Shown: positions 40,163 through 50,176, counted from the first letter of the stretch. The stretch is DNA of 64,000 nt from Candidatus Poribacteria bacterium (GCA_965242965.1 OZ251518.1:5504001-5568000); one strand, 5' to 3'. Numbers and translations are program-made. The notes: a model not told the origin generated them from the sequence alone.

Positions 40163-41356
40163 TCATTTGTATTGAAACAAACGGAGTTGTCTGACCTTTT
40201 CGACAGGAAAGACATGTGCTGGGTCCGGTGGCAATTGCATCATGCTCAGGAGTTGCCCTATTGTAAACAGCCGGTCTTTCAAGACAGATCTGGTTACCTC
40301 ATCCACAGGGCCGATTGATGTGATTCCCTCAGAGGCTTCAACCGCGAGGAACGATTCCGCCTTCAAGTCTTTGTTATTAAGGAGTTCCGGACTGTGGCTG
40401 GTGATGAGCACCTGAGTCGTGTTGGCGGCTTGCCGAAGACTATCAAGTAGCACGCCTGTTGCTAGTGGATGCAGCGCGATTTCCGGCTCTTCAATCCCGA
40501 TGAGCGGCACGGGTTTTTGCGCGTCGTGATTTTCCTGAAGCAGGGCCACGAGAGTGCCCAATATGTGGAGTGTTCCATCGGACATATTGTTCGCGAGAAA
40601 CCGCCACGGGTGCTTTGCCCCTGCAGTGTCTTGCCGGAAGGCTAGCGTTTCCTTCGCTCCGATTTTCTTGACTTCTACGCCGCGCACGCCGCGGACAACG
40701 AGTGCCAGATATTCCTCAACGTTTTGTTTCACAGAGAGCGGCAGTTGACGGAGGACACTCGTTAGGTTGCTCCCGTCGTTCTTCAGGATGTCGCCAAGGT
40801 CAGGTGTTTGGAGCTCTCGGATTTTATCTAGGTTGAGATTGTAAAATCCCATCCGAGAAAGAGCATCGTAGACTTTGCGAAATTCGGGGAGGCCAGACGC
40901 GTTGACTAAGTAGAGCCGGTCGGTGGCAGCTGCAGGTGCCACCTGCATGCTCGTTTTGGTTACCGTGCCTTTATCAACTCGGAAGTATTCCTCCTGAACC
41001 CTGCATTCTTCCGTTTGAACCGCATATCCGCCACGTGGCCGGCAACCGATGCGAAAGGCATAATGTCCGGTAATCCCTTCAGGCAAAGTGAATTCTAACC
41101 GAATGCTGAAGTGGTTCGGATGCCCGCGAGAACGACGACGAACATCGTTGATGCCGCCACGAGAACGTAAGGCGTGGTCCAACGATGAATGCAAAGAATC
41201 GGCGACAAAGCGCAGCGCATCCAGAAAGTTGCTCTTGCCCGCGCCGTTGGGACCCACGAGGAACATCAAGGGGCCCAGTCGCACATCGCACGTTGCGATG
41301 CTCTTATAGTTTTTGAGGATAACTCTGGTGATAAAGGTTGAGTCTTTGATGGCCAT
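40163..41356 (-). CDS. AAA_21/ABC-type ATPase
   Basis: LKNYKSI, VGPNGAGKSN, MSDGTL, IEEPE and ITSHSP motifs. The extension to 41485 is repeat-derived. Confidence 0.9.
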   Translation of the reverse strand: MAIKDSTFITRVILKNYKSIATCDVRLGPLMFLVGPNGAGKSNFLDALRFVADSLHSSLDHALRSRGGINDVRRRSRGHPNHFSIRLEFTLPEGITGHYAFRIGCRPRGGYAVQTEECRVQEEYFRVDKGTVTKTSMQVAPAAATDRLYLVNASGLPEFRKVYDALSRMGFYNLNLDKIRELQTPDLGDILKNDGSNLTSVLRQLPLSVKQNVEEYLALVVRGVRGVEVKKIGAKETLAFRQDTAGAKHPWRFLANNMSDGTLHILGTLVALLQENHDAQKPVPLIGIEEPEIALHPLATGVLLDSLRQAANTTQVLITSHSPELLNNKDLKAESFLAVEASEGITSIGPVDEVTRSVLKDRLFTIGQLLSMMQLPPDPAHVFPVEKVRQLRLFQYK

Positions 41357-41368
41357 GGCTGTATTCTT

Positions 41369-41717
41369 GAGCAGGATTTCCAAGATTTCCAAGATTTCGC
41401 AGGATGATGTCTTCCGTAATAGGAGCAGGATTTCCAAGATGCTGCAAGATTTCACAGGATGGAGCAGGATTTCCAAGATTTCCAAGATTTCGCAGGATGC
41501 TGTTTTCCGTTTGATACCAGTCTTTTTTCCTTGGCGGCATTATTCGTAACGCTATTCTGCCGTTGCGGGAAACGTCTCTCGCACCAGACCTATAATCCTG
41601 GAAATCCTGCTCAATCTTGAAAATCCTGCTTCGTAACGCGATTCGGACTTTGCGAAGAACGTATCTCTCACAATGCCTATAATCCTGGAAATCCTGCTCA
41701 ATCTTGAAAATCCTGCT
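41369..41717. repeat. inverted clusters of 9-bp-period AATCYTG repeats
   Basis: CAGGATTTCCAAGATTTCCAAGATT blocks at 41369-41498 and AATCCTGGAAATCCTGCTCAATCTTG twice at 41593-41717. Confidence 0.85.
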
Positions 41718-41727
41718 CGGCGACAGG

Positions 41728-42804
41728 CTATGTCACCGTCCACGTTTCACCGGCGTTCAGCAACGCCTCCAGATCGCCCTCACCCGCGCGCTTTTTTGCG
41801 AACGCTATCTGGTCCGTCATCAGTGCTTCATAGCACGGATGCGTGACGCTGCGGAAAATGCCAATAGGGTGCGGCATATCCGGCGTATCGCTCATCCGCG
41901 ACAGAAAATTCGCCTCGGTAGTGTCTTCCGCATATCTGTCGTGAACGATGAGATCTTCGGTGGTATATTCCCCGTTCGTGATGTCCACGACTTCGGGTTG
42001 GAACCCGTTCAACCGAATCCCTTTATCGCGTTCCCTGCCGAAGACGAGCGGTTCCCCGTGCTCAAGGAAGACGGTGTTTTCAGCCTTCGTATCTTTTTCC
42101 GTGTAGGCAAAAAAGGTTTTGTCGTTGAACACGTTGCAGTTTTGGTAGATTTCGATGAAGGAGGTGCCTTGGTGCTCAAATGCGTGCTTGATTACCGTGC
42201 GCAAATGGTCCGGATCCCGGTCCAACGAGCGCGCCACGAACGTCGCACCTGATGCCAGCGCGAGGCTGATAGGATTGAACGGCGTGTCCAGCGAACCGAG
42301 CGGCGTGGACTTTGTCATCTTTCCCTGCTCCGAGGTAGGCGAGTATTGCCCCTTCGTGAGGCCATAGATGCGGTTGTTAAAGAGCAACACGTTGATGTCA
42401 AAGTTGCGGCGCATCAGATGGATGAAATGGTTGCCACCGATTGAGAGCGCGTCGCCATCACCCGTGACTACCCAGACGGAAAGCTCTGGGTTGGCGATTT
42501 TCACACCCGAGGCGATAGTCGGTGCCCTCCCGTGAATCGTATGAAACCCGTAGGTGTTCATGTAATAAGGAAACCGGCTGGAGCAACCAATTCCGGAAAT
42601 AAAGACGATATTCTCGCGAGGGATGCCCAACTCCGGCATGATGCGCTGCGTCTGCGCGAGAATGGAGTAATCGCCACAGCCAGGGCACCAACGCACATCC
42701 TGGTCGGATTCAAAATCCTTTCTGGCGAGGGTAGGAGCGGCACCGGGAATTCGGGATTCCCGCGCTTTTCTGTCGGTTTTGCTTTGGAGTCTCTTCTTTT
42801 TCAT
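41728..42804 (-). CDS. korB: 2-oxoacid:ferredoxin oxidoreductase beta subunit
   Basis: WCPGCGD, SGIGCS, HGR, GDGD and YGLTKGQ motifs. Confidence 0.93.
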   Translation of the reverse strand: MKKKRLQSKTDRKARESRIPGAAPTLARKDFESDQDVRWCPGCGDYSILAQTQRIMPELGIPRENIVFISGIGCSSRFPYYMNTYGFHTIHGRAPTIASGVKIANPELSVWVVTGDGDALSIGGNHFIHLMRRNFDINVLLFNNRIYGLTKGQYSPTSEQGKMTKSTPLGSLDTPFNPISLALASGATFVARSLDRDPDHLRTVIKHAFEHQGTSFIEIYQNCNVFNDKTFFAYTEKDTKAENTVFLEHGEPLVFGRERDKGIRLNGFQPEVVDITNGEYTTEDLIVHDRYAEDTTEANFLSRMSDTPDMPHPIGIFRSVTHPCYEALMTDQIAFAKKRAGEGDLEALLNAGETWTVT

Positions 42805-42858
42805 CGGTTTGCCTTGTGTCAAGACGAATCTTCTGTCTTCGCCCGATGGGATTATTGG

Positions 42859-44703
42859 CTACAAAAGTTCGTTGATTTTCGCTTCCACCTCGGAGACGTG
42901 GAACGGTTGGCCTTGCACTTTATTGAGGCCTAACGCATTGATAAAATAGGTGCTACGGATGAGTTGACGGAGTTGTCCGGTGTTCAACTCAGGGATTAGA
43001 ACCTTTTTGAACCGCGTGAGAATCTCACCTAAATCGCTCGGAAACGGGTTGAGGTGGCGGATGTGGACATGTGCAACATCGGAAACGCCAGCTGCGAGAC
43101 AATTTTCAACGGCGGTGCGGATAGGCCCGTATGTGCTACCCCAGCCAAGGAGGAGCAGCGCGCCTTCTTCCGCGCCGAATACCTCAGTCGGTGGGATATC
43201 CTGCGTAACGCGCGCGACTTTCTCCGCGCGAAGATGCACCATCTTTTCGTGGTTCTCCGCGTCGTAACTGACATTTCCCGTGACATCCGATTTCTCAAGC
43301 CCGCCAATGCGGTGTTCCAATCCCGGTGTGCCCGGCTTCGCCCACGGACGTGCTAGCGTCTCTGCTTCCCGCAGATACGGTTCAAACGCATCGCCATTGA
43401 GAGAGAACCCATTCGCAAAGTTCGGTTCAATAGGAGGCAGCTCTGCGAGTTTCGGGATTTTCCACGGCTCCGCGCCCATCGCAACGTAAAGGTCAGAGAG
43501 GAAAATGACCGGGGTACGGTATTTCACGGCGATACGGCACGCTTCATAAACGGTATCAAAACAGTCGTAAGGACGCGTCGGCGCGACGATAGGCACAGGT
43601 GACTCGCCGTTGCGCCCATAAAGCATTTGCAACAGATCCGACTGCTCTGTCTTCGTCGGCATGCCGGTGGAAGGACCGGCACGTTGGATGTTGCATATCA
43701 CGAGTGGAAGTTCCGCAATCATCGCGAGGTTAATCGCCTCCGATTTAAGCGCGAGCCCAGGCCCGCTACTGCCGGTGACACCGAGGGCACCGCCGAAGGA
43801 GGCACCAATCGCCACGCCGACCGCGGCGATTTCGTCCTCCATCTGCATCGTCACTACACCGAAATTCCGATACTGCGCAAGCCCGTGGAGAATGTCACTC
43901 GCAGGGGTTATCGGATAACTGCCGTAAACCAGCGGTAATCCGGCTTGACGCGACGCGGCGATGAGCCCGAGGACTGTCGCCATGTTGCCCTCAATGTTCC
44001 GATAGGTGCCGGGCGAGAATTCGGCGGCTTTCACATTGTAAGAGGTAGCAAACTGCTCGGTTGCCTCACAGTAGGTATTCCCTGCCCGGAGCGCGAGGAT
44101 GTTTGGCACGACAAACTCGGGTCTTTTCCTCCCAAGCGTCTTCTTAATCCAATTCATGGCGTAATCCATCGGGCGGTTATAGAGCCACAGAATCATGCCG
44201 AGCGCAAAGAAGTTCCGACACAGGTCGATCTGCCGTGTAGTCAGGTCGGTATCTTCCAATGTTTGCCGAGTGAGGCGTGTCAGTGCAACGGGGAAGACCT
44301 GGTATTTTGTGAGCGAGTCATCTTCCAGCGGGTTCTGCTCATACCCGGCGAGGCGCAGGTTCCGGCGCGCGAAATTATCCGAGTTGACAATCAGGATGCC
44401 GTTCGGGCGCAATTTTTGAAGATGCACCTTGAGGGCGGCAGGGTTCATCGCTACCAACACATCGCAAAGATCACCGGGTGTATGGATTTGTTCGCTTGAG
44501 AAGTGAAGTTGGAACCCGGATACCCCTGCTAATGAACCAGCAGGTGCACGAATCTCCGCGGGGTAATCCGGTAACGTAGCGACATCGTTCCCGACGAGCG
44601 CGGTTGTCTCAGTCATTTGGGCCCCAATTGTCTGCGAACCGTCGCCGGAGTCACCCGCGAACAGGATAGTCGCCTCCTCAATTTCCGTTATTGGCTTGCG
44701 CAT
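42859..44703 (-). CDS. korA: 2-oxoacid:acceptor oxidoreductase alpha subunit (gamma-alpha fusion)
   Basis: FAGDSGDG, YPAEIR, YPITP, EDEIAA and QRAGPSTGMPT motifs. Confidence 0.93.
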   Translation of the reverse strand: MRKPITEIEEATILFAGDSGDGSQTIGAQMTETTALVGNDVATLPDYPAEIRAPAGSLAGVSGFQLHFSSEQIHTPGDLCDVLVAMNPAALKVHLQKLRPNGILIVNSDNFARRNLRLAGYEQNPLEDDSLTKYQVFPVALTRLTRQTLEDTDLTTRQIDLCRNFFALGMILWLYNRPMDYAMNWIKKTLGRKRPEFVVPNILALRAGNTYCEATEQFATSYNVKAAEFSPGTYRNIEGNMATVLGLIAASRQAGLPLVYGSYPITPASDILHGLAQYRNFGVVTMQMEDEIAAVGVAIGASFGGALGVTGSSGPGLALKSEAINLAMIAELPLVICNIQRAGPSTGMPTKTEQSDLLQMLYGRNGESPVPIVAPTRPYDCFDTVYEACRIAVKYRTPVIFLSDLYVAMGAEPWKIPKLAELPPIEPNFANGFSLNGDAFEPYLREAETLARPWAKPGTPGLEHRIGGLEKSDVTGNVSYDAENHEKMVHLRAEKVARVTQDIPPTEVFGAEEGALLLLGWGSTYGPIRTAVENCLAAGVSDVAHVHIRHLNPFPSDLGEILTRFKKVLIPELNTGQLRQLIRSTYFINALGLNKVQGQPFHVSEVEAKINELL

Positions 44704-44731
44704 CACAATCGCTTCCTCTTGATTTTTCACG

Positions 44732-45268
44732 TTATGCCCCCTCCCGTGCTTTCATCGCGTCGCGAATGGGCCTCGGCGGTAACGTTAGCACTTCTTGCGG
44801 AAATTCGTCCACGAGATGTGAGATAACGTCCCGAATCGATACCATGCCGATGGGTTCGTTTTGTTCGTTCACAATCGGGAGGTGCCGGTAGCCGCCGTGC
44901 GCCATATAGAGGATTGCGGTATCCAGCGTATCCTCTGGTTGTGCGGTTTGCGGGGCGGCACTCATGAACTGCTTGATACCGAGGGTATCCAGGTCTCCCA
45001 CCGTTCTATTGAGAATTTTGCGTAGCACATCGCGCTCACTGAAGATGCCGCGGAGCCGGTTTTCGTCGTCAACGACCGGGGCTGCGCCGACATGGTGCTC
45101 TATTAGCAGCTCTATTGCTGTTTGCGCGCTGCTGCTGATGTGAATCATGACGACAGGGCGCATCAGCGAGCGGAGGGGGAGCTGGATTTCATGTGCATTC
45201 CATGCTCGCAACGCCGCGCTAGATTCCATCTGGTCCAATTCTTCGTCAATAGCCAGGTCATACAGCAT
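44732..45268 (-). CDS. CBS domain protein
   Basis: GIFSERD and YRHLPIV motifs. Confidence 0.88.
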   Translation of the reverse strand: MLYDLAIDEELDQMESSAALRAWNAHEIQLPLRSLMRPVVMIHISSSAQTAIELLIEHHVGAAPVVDDENRLRGIFSERDVLRKILNRTVGDLDTLGIKQFMSAAPQTAQPEDTLDTAILYMAHGGYRHLPIVNEQNEPIGMVSIRDVISHLVDEFPQEVLTLPPRPIRDAMKAREGA

Positions 45269-45270
45269 GG

Positions 45271-45708
45271 TTATGCCTCCTTGTCCTGATGCGCTAAGAA
45301 TGTTGCGGCGTGCTGCAAAATGTCGTGTGTTGAGATAACACCGACAGGGTAGGCAGCCCCCTCGTCAGCCCACACGCAGAGCGGCAAGTGCCGGAAGTGA
45401 CCGAGGTGCATCAGGTTCAGGGCGAACGCAATCGGGTCGCTCGCGCGCAACGCCTCCGGTTTCGGTGTCATCACCTCTTCGACCTGGGTATCCCCGGGTG
45501 ACAACCGCCTCCCGCTTACGTGAACGAGCAGGTCGCGCTCGGTAATAATGCCGGCCAGCCGTTGTTCCTCGTCCACGACGAGAACACACCCAAACCCACC
45601 TTCCTGCATCACATTGATAACCTCGGAGACAGGACTGCCAACTTGCACGGTGATAGGTTGATTATAGTTGAGAGTGCTAATCGGTAGAGACAGCGTTCTC
45701 GCGTCCAT
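45271..45708 (-). CDS. CBS domain protein
   Basis: GIITERD, VMTP and FRHLP motifs. Confidence 0.88.
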   Translation of the reverse strand: MDARTLSLPISTLNYNQPITVQVGSPVSEVINVMQEGGFGCVLVVDEEQRLAGIITERDLLVHVSGRRLSPGDTQVEEVMTPKPEALRASDPIAFALNLMHLGHFRHLPLCVWADEGAAYPVGVISTHDILQHAATFLAHQDKEA

Positions 45709-45864
45709 TTCTGGTCTCCTCTAAAAAAACAACGTCTAAAGACGGGAGTTAGTTTCTTAATTATTATAGTATACCACATTTTTGGCGCGTTTGCAAGAAA
45801 AAATTCATTTTTTCGGAGAACGGATGCAAAATGCGCGCGCTTACCCTCGCGGTGGACGCGGTTT

Positions 45865-46815
45865 TCAATCGCGCACCGCGAGAGTCACCGCACGGGATGT
45901 CGGTGAGCCCCAGCCCGGCACGGCAATAGTCCATCGTCCAGCGGGCCCGCCGGCTACCATCAGCATCAGTTCTTCCGCACGATACCGTTGCTGCGTCTTT
46001 TCGGCGATATAGTGCCGCACGTCCGCTTTGCTAAATCCATCGCTATTTATCGTCTTCGCGTGCTCAACGCCGATGACGAGCAATGTTTCGCCGCCGCTAT
46101 TGCCGGGCGCGGACAGGTTAGCACAGATAGTGTCCAGAATGCCAGAGGCCGTGTTGTTCCCGTGGTCATTGATACTTTGGGGCGCGGCACTAGCGAAGAC
46201 AGTTATGGTGCTGTCATCCGCTTGAAAACCGCGTTCAACATGCAGCGGTTGCCATGGGCTTTCTTCCTCTTTTTCGGCGATGCAGCAGGTGTATTTGCCG
46301 GCGTGTCCGAAAGCGGCGCGGTCGAGTTCACCGGGCAGCGCGCCGCCGATGTTGGTGCAGACGAGCCGCACGGCGCGGCCGATTGTCGCGTTCGCGCGCC
46401 AGCCTTGGCCGAAGAGATTAAACCCATCGTTGATGTCTAAATGCTTTCGGATGGGGCCGTTCACAACCAGCATCGGTGCTACGTGTGAAGTCGTTACCTG
46501 CACGCCGTGGAGGTTAAACTCTGCCGCTGTCATCGCCTCCACCGCGGTTAGCACGGCTGGCAGATAGGCAGGCGTGCAACCTGCCATGACAGCGTTAATT
46601 GCGATTTTTTCTACGGTGGCGCGTCCCCATTTCGGTGGGACCGGCGCGATGAGTTCGTCCGGATTGCGGTTGGTGCCGCTGAGCATCCGTTCGACGCGTT
46701 CGGGTGTCGGCGGGACGACAGGGAGTCCATCTGTCCAACCGTGCTGATAGCAAATTTCACCCGGGTCATCGGTTTCGGCAAGTGCTATGTGTGTTGATGA
46801 AAATTGGTGTGCCAT
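45865..46815 (-). CDS. conserved hypothetical protein (WTDGLPVVPPT family)
   Basis: GWTDGLPVVPPTPERV, ATVEKIAINAVMAGC and RANATIGRA motifs. Confidence 0.8.
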   Translation of the reverse strand: MAHQFSSTHIALAETDDPGEICYQHGWTDGLPVVPPTPERVERMLSGTNRNPDELIAPVPPKWGRATVEKIAINAVMAGCTPAYLPAVLTAVEAMTAAEFNLHGVQVTTSHVAPMLVVNGPIRKHLDINDGFNLFGQGWRANATIGRAVRLVCTNIGGALPGELDRAAFGHAGKYTCCIAEKEEESPWQPLHVERGFQADDSTITVFASAAPQSINDHGNNTASGILDTICANLSAPGNSGGETLLVIGVEHAKTINSDGFSKADVRHYIAEKTQQRYRAEELMLMVAGGPAGRWTIAVPGWGSPTSRAVTLAVRD

Positions 46816-46912
46816 GCGCGTTGCCCTCATTCCAATTGATATGTCTGCGAAAATATGTTATCATATTAACACATATTGTTTACGTTGGCAAGATACAATT
46901 TTAGGGACATCT

Positions 46913-47869
46913 ATGGCATCAGTTACATTTCAAGGCGTTCTTTCTGCAAGGCGCGTTATCGCGCAGTTTTTACAACCGACACCCCTGATTCACTACCCCG
47001 AATTATCCGAGCGGCTCGGTTTTCACGCTTATGTGAAACACGAGAACCACCTGCCGACTGGCTGTTTTAAGGTGCGTGGCGGCTTGAATTTCATGCATCA
47101 TTTTAATGGCGAGGTGCGCGGTGTCGTCACGGCAACGCGCGGGAATCACGGGCAATCCATCGCGTATGCGGCGCGAAATTTCGGGGTTAAGGCGACAGTC
47201 GTCGTGCCGCACGGGAACAACCCGGAGAAAAACAGCGCGATGCGCGCTTATGGCGCAGAACTCATCGAACACGGCGTTGATTTTGACGAGGCGCGCGAAT
47301 TATGCGAGACGCTTCAAGCGGAACGGGGACTCTATTACGTCCATCCGTGCCTAGAACCCGCACTCTTCCACGGGGTTGGGACTTATTCACTGGAAATCTT
47401 TGAGCATCTCCCGAATGTTGATACTATCATCGTGCCTATCGGCGGCGGCAGCGGTGCTTGCGGTGCAATCACCGTCGCAAACGCGATAAATCCGGAGGTT
47501 CAAGTAATCGGCGTGCAGGCAGAAAACGCACCCGCTATCTATCTCTCGTGGAAGGAAGGGCGGCCCGTGGAAACCGAGTCTTCTGAAACGATGGCGGACG
47601 GACTTGCGACGCGCGTGCCGTTTGCGCTGCCGTTTTCTATCCTCAAAGATGGTATTGACGACATCGTCTTGCTTAGCGAGGCAGAGCTGCGTGAGGGCAT
47701 CCGTTTGGCGTTGCGATACACGCATAACTTGGCAGAAGGTGCCGGCGCGTCGCCGATTGCGGCCGCCCATAAATTAACCGAGCGGCTCGCAGGAAAACAC
47801 GTTGTCATGGTGATGAGCGGCGGCAATGTAGATACCGAGACGCTCAAATCAGTGCTAGTTGATGCCTAA
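46913..47869 (+). CDS. PLP-dependent threonine/serine dehydratase family protein
   Basis: FKVRG, ATRGNHG, PIGGG and SGGN motifs. Confidence 0.9.
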   Translation: MASVTFQGVLSARRVIAQFLQPTPLIHYPELSERLGFHAYVKHENHLPTGCFKVRGGLNFMHHFNGEVRGVVTATRGNHGQSIAYAARNFGVKATVVVPHGNNPEKNSAMRAYGAELIEHGVDFDEARELCETLQAERGLYYVHPCLEPALFHGVGTYSLEIFEHLPNVDTIIVPIGGGSGACGAITVANAINPEVQVIGVQAENAPAIYLSWKEGRPVETESSETMADGLATRVPFALPFSILKDGIDDIVLLSEAELREGIRLALRYTHNLAEGAGASPIAAAHKLTERLAGKHVVMVMSGGNVDTETLKSVLVDA

Positions 47870-48148
47870 CGTTCCCGTAGCGCGAGGGCCTGTCCCTCGC
47901 GATCGAACCGCTCAGATTGGTGCTAGTTGATACCTAACGTTCCCGTAGGGCGAGGGCCTGTCCCTCGCGAATGTGGATACCGAGACGCTCAAATCGGTGC
48001 TAGTTGATGCCTAAAGTTCCCGTAGGGCGAGGGCCTGTCCCTCGCGATCGAATCGCTCAGATTGGTGCTAGTTGATGCCTAAAGTTCCCGTAGGGAGGGC
48101 CTGTCCCTCGCGATCGAACCGCTCAAATCGGTGCTAGTTGATACCTAA
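47841..48148 (+). repeat. tandem array of gene 3' end + REP (4 full units and 1 partial)
   Basis: CGCTCARATYRGTGCTAGTTGATRCCTAA five times, separated by GTAG hairpins. Confidence 0.9.
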
Positions 48149-48150
48149 TC

Positions 48151-48888
48151 CTACCAATTGTGGATGACGTAGACCGGTGAAGAGCCCGCCTTCAATCGGA
48201 GGCTTGCGCATGCCGCGTCTGCCACAAATTCGTTGCGGAGCGCGTTCGTTAAATCCGGGTCGATCTTCAGCGAAGTCAACTCCCACCGCAGGTTTTGGCT
48301 CTCCACTACGATGACGTTCCGTTCTTCTGCGATGAGAGAGACGCGTTGCACACCGCTGTTCTTTCGGGCTAACTGCAATTCGGAGACGACGTAGTGGATA
48401 GTCTGGCGTGCGTCGCGCATTTCCGCTTGATATTCTTTTCCACCGGTAGACGCGCTTTGGGAGTGATGATAATGTCCAAACCGCATCAATTTCAGATTTC
48501 CCAAAAACTGATCTGTTTCGTATGCTTCGGGCTGCGGCAAGCCGCCGTAAATAATCAGATGCCGACAGCCGTAGTGTTCTAGCGCGTAAAGGATAGCGAG
48601 TTGTCCATCAGTCCAATCTTTGTCGGTTTGTCCTATCCATTTCTGAACAATATGTTTAGCAATCTTCGTCTCTGACTCTGCCACCGAATCCAGATCACCG
48701 ATGAGGACATCCGGACGGTAGAGTGGCTTTTCATTCGCATTCCCGCCGAATTGGTGAAATATGCGCATGCCGCCATCAGCACAGAGGAGTGGAGAGCCTT
48801 GTGCAATGCCAGACTCAATTTCTTGCCGATAAAAATCGAGATGGCGCGCGTCGTAATAGCCGTTGAGAAAGATGAGAGCGGATTTCAT
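48151..48888 (-). CDS. thiN: thiamine diphosphokinase family protein
   Basis: CADGG, IGDLDS and DKDWTDGQLA motifs. Confidence 0.75.
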   Translation of the reverse strand: MKSALIFLNGYYDARHLDFYRQEIESGIAQGSPLLCADGGMRIFHQFGGNANEKPLYRPDVLIGDLDSVAESETKIAKHIVQKWIGQTDKDWTDGQLAILYALEHYGCRHLIIYGGLPQPEAYETDQFLGNLKLMRFGHYHHSQSASTGGKEYQAEMRDARQTIHYVVSELQLARKNSGVQRVSLIAEERNVIVVESQNLRWELTSLKIDPDLTNALRNEFVADAACASLRLKAGSSPVYVIHNW

Positions 48889-49009
48889 ATTTACGTGTTG
48901 GAAACGTAGTTCGTATTGAGTCGAGAACGTTCGCGAGAGACAGGCCCTCGCGCTACGGTAGTGCCAGTAGGAGAGACCTCCCGGTCTCGATTTTGGACAG
49001 GCCCTCGCG

Positions 49010-50176
49010 CTACGGGAGGGTAAGGTTATAGGACAGAATCAACCGCGCGGGATGATAGGAACGTTTGACGCGCTTCAGATTTGCTAATCCAGAATCTCCC
49101 ATCGCGTTCAGCCACCGGTAAGCGTTAGCGAGTTCCCGTGCAAATTCACGATAGATAAATTGCGCGAGCCCCTTGATTGCCAAATCGGCGACTTCAAACA
49201 AGATACAGAACGTGTCGGCATTGAGAGGATACCCGAAAGTCCAGCCGCGGATATGCCCATTTATTTTGACAACTCTGCCGATGAGCCCTAATGCATCGGC
49301 ATGTGCTAACCCGATTCGGTGCGCGCATCGGGAGTCCTCAAGCATGGCGCGGTAAATGGCATCACTGCATTTCGCCACGCGCGATTCTTGCCACGTATCA
49401 TAGAGTGCTAGACATTCGGCGCGGTCAGCCGGGGAATATCGGCTCAGGTTCGCATTCGGATACCGTGCGACAAAAGCGTTGTAGGCGTGCCGCTTGCTCT
49501 TGTAACGATTGCCCTTTAACTGCGCGAGAGCCTGCGTTTCATAGAGGAATTCGGTCTCTTTCACGACAGCCGTATCGGGAGGATATGAAGGTCCTCTGCC
49601 TTCTAGATGTTGGCCTAGCAAAAAGGGCAGCATCTCCTGCGGCACATTTTCTATTCGGGCAATCTGCGGATTCCGATTTGCTTCCAGCATGAATTCATAC
49701 GCTTCGCGAATGACGCTCCGGTAAGAGCAAGCGCATCGCGACTGGGGAGTTGTTCCGGTTTGAGTCGTTTGAGTCACCGTAGGGCGGGGGCCTGTCCCCT
49801 GCCATGCCGTTCGATTAGTTTGCTCCCCCGTAGTGCGGGGGCCTGTCCCCCGCCATGCCGTTTGAGTCGTTTGAGTTACCGTAGTGCGGGGGCCTGTCCC
49901 CCGCCATGCCGTTTCTCCTCTGGTTCGAGACCAGGAGGTCTCTCCTACACATCGAGACCAGGAGGTCTCTCCTACCGGGGCAATCGGCATGAAATAGTCG
50001 TCGCCTTGCTTCGCAAACACGCAGAAATAGTCGTCTAACAAGTCCCAGTAAAAGTCAAAATGAGCTCCCCAAATATAGAGTGGTGCGAAGGCGTAATTGG
50101 ACAGCGAGATGTCCATCCGACGCGCATATTCGTCAAAAAGCGGTTTGTCCTTAAGGGTTAGCGGCCAAAGTTGCAT
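49010..50176 (-). CDS. DUF2156 / GNAT-like domain protein with in-frame REP-derived insertion
   Basis: SNYAFAPLYIW, LKGNRYKSKR, GLAQFI and LKRVKRSYHP motifs. Insert at ~49733-49976. Confidence 0.8.
   Translation of the reverse strand: MQLWPLTLKDKPLFDEYARRMDISLSNYAFAPLYIWGAHFDFYWDLLDDYFCVFAKQGDDYFMPIAPVGETSWSRCVGETSWSRTRGETAWRGTGPRTTVTQTTQTAWRGTGPRTTGEQTNRTAWQGTGPRPTVTQTTQTGTTPQSRCACSYRSVIREAYEFMLEANRNPQIARIENVPQEMLPFLLGQHLEGRGPSYPPDTAVVKETEFLYETQALAQLKGNRYKSKRHAYNAFVARYPNANLSRYSPADRAECLALYDTWQESRVAKCSDAIYRAMLEDSRCAHRIGLAHADALGLIGRVVKINGHIRGWTFGYPLNADTFCILFEVADLAIKGLAQFIYREFARELANAYRWLNAMGDSGLANLKRVKRSYHPARLILSYNLTLP

Noticed and set aside
47841-48148. CRISPR-like appearance of regularly spaced repeats (also 24097-24427)
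   Set aside because: The spacers are near-identical to each other or to the gene end, the repeats are dispersed REPs, and no cas genes are present.
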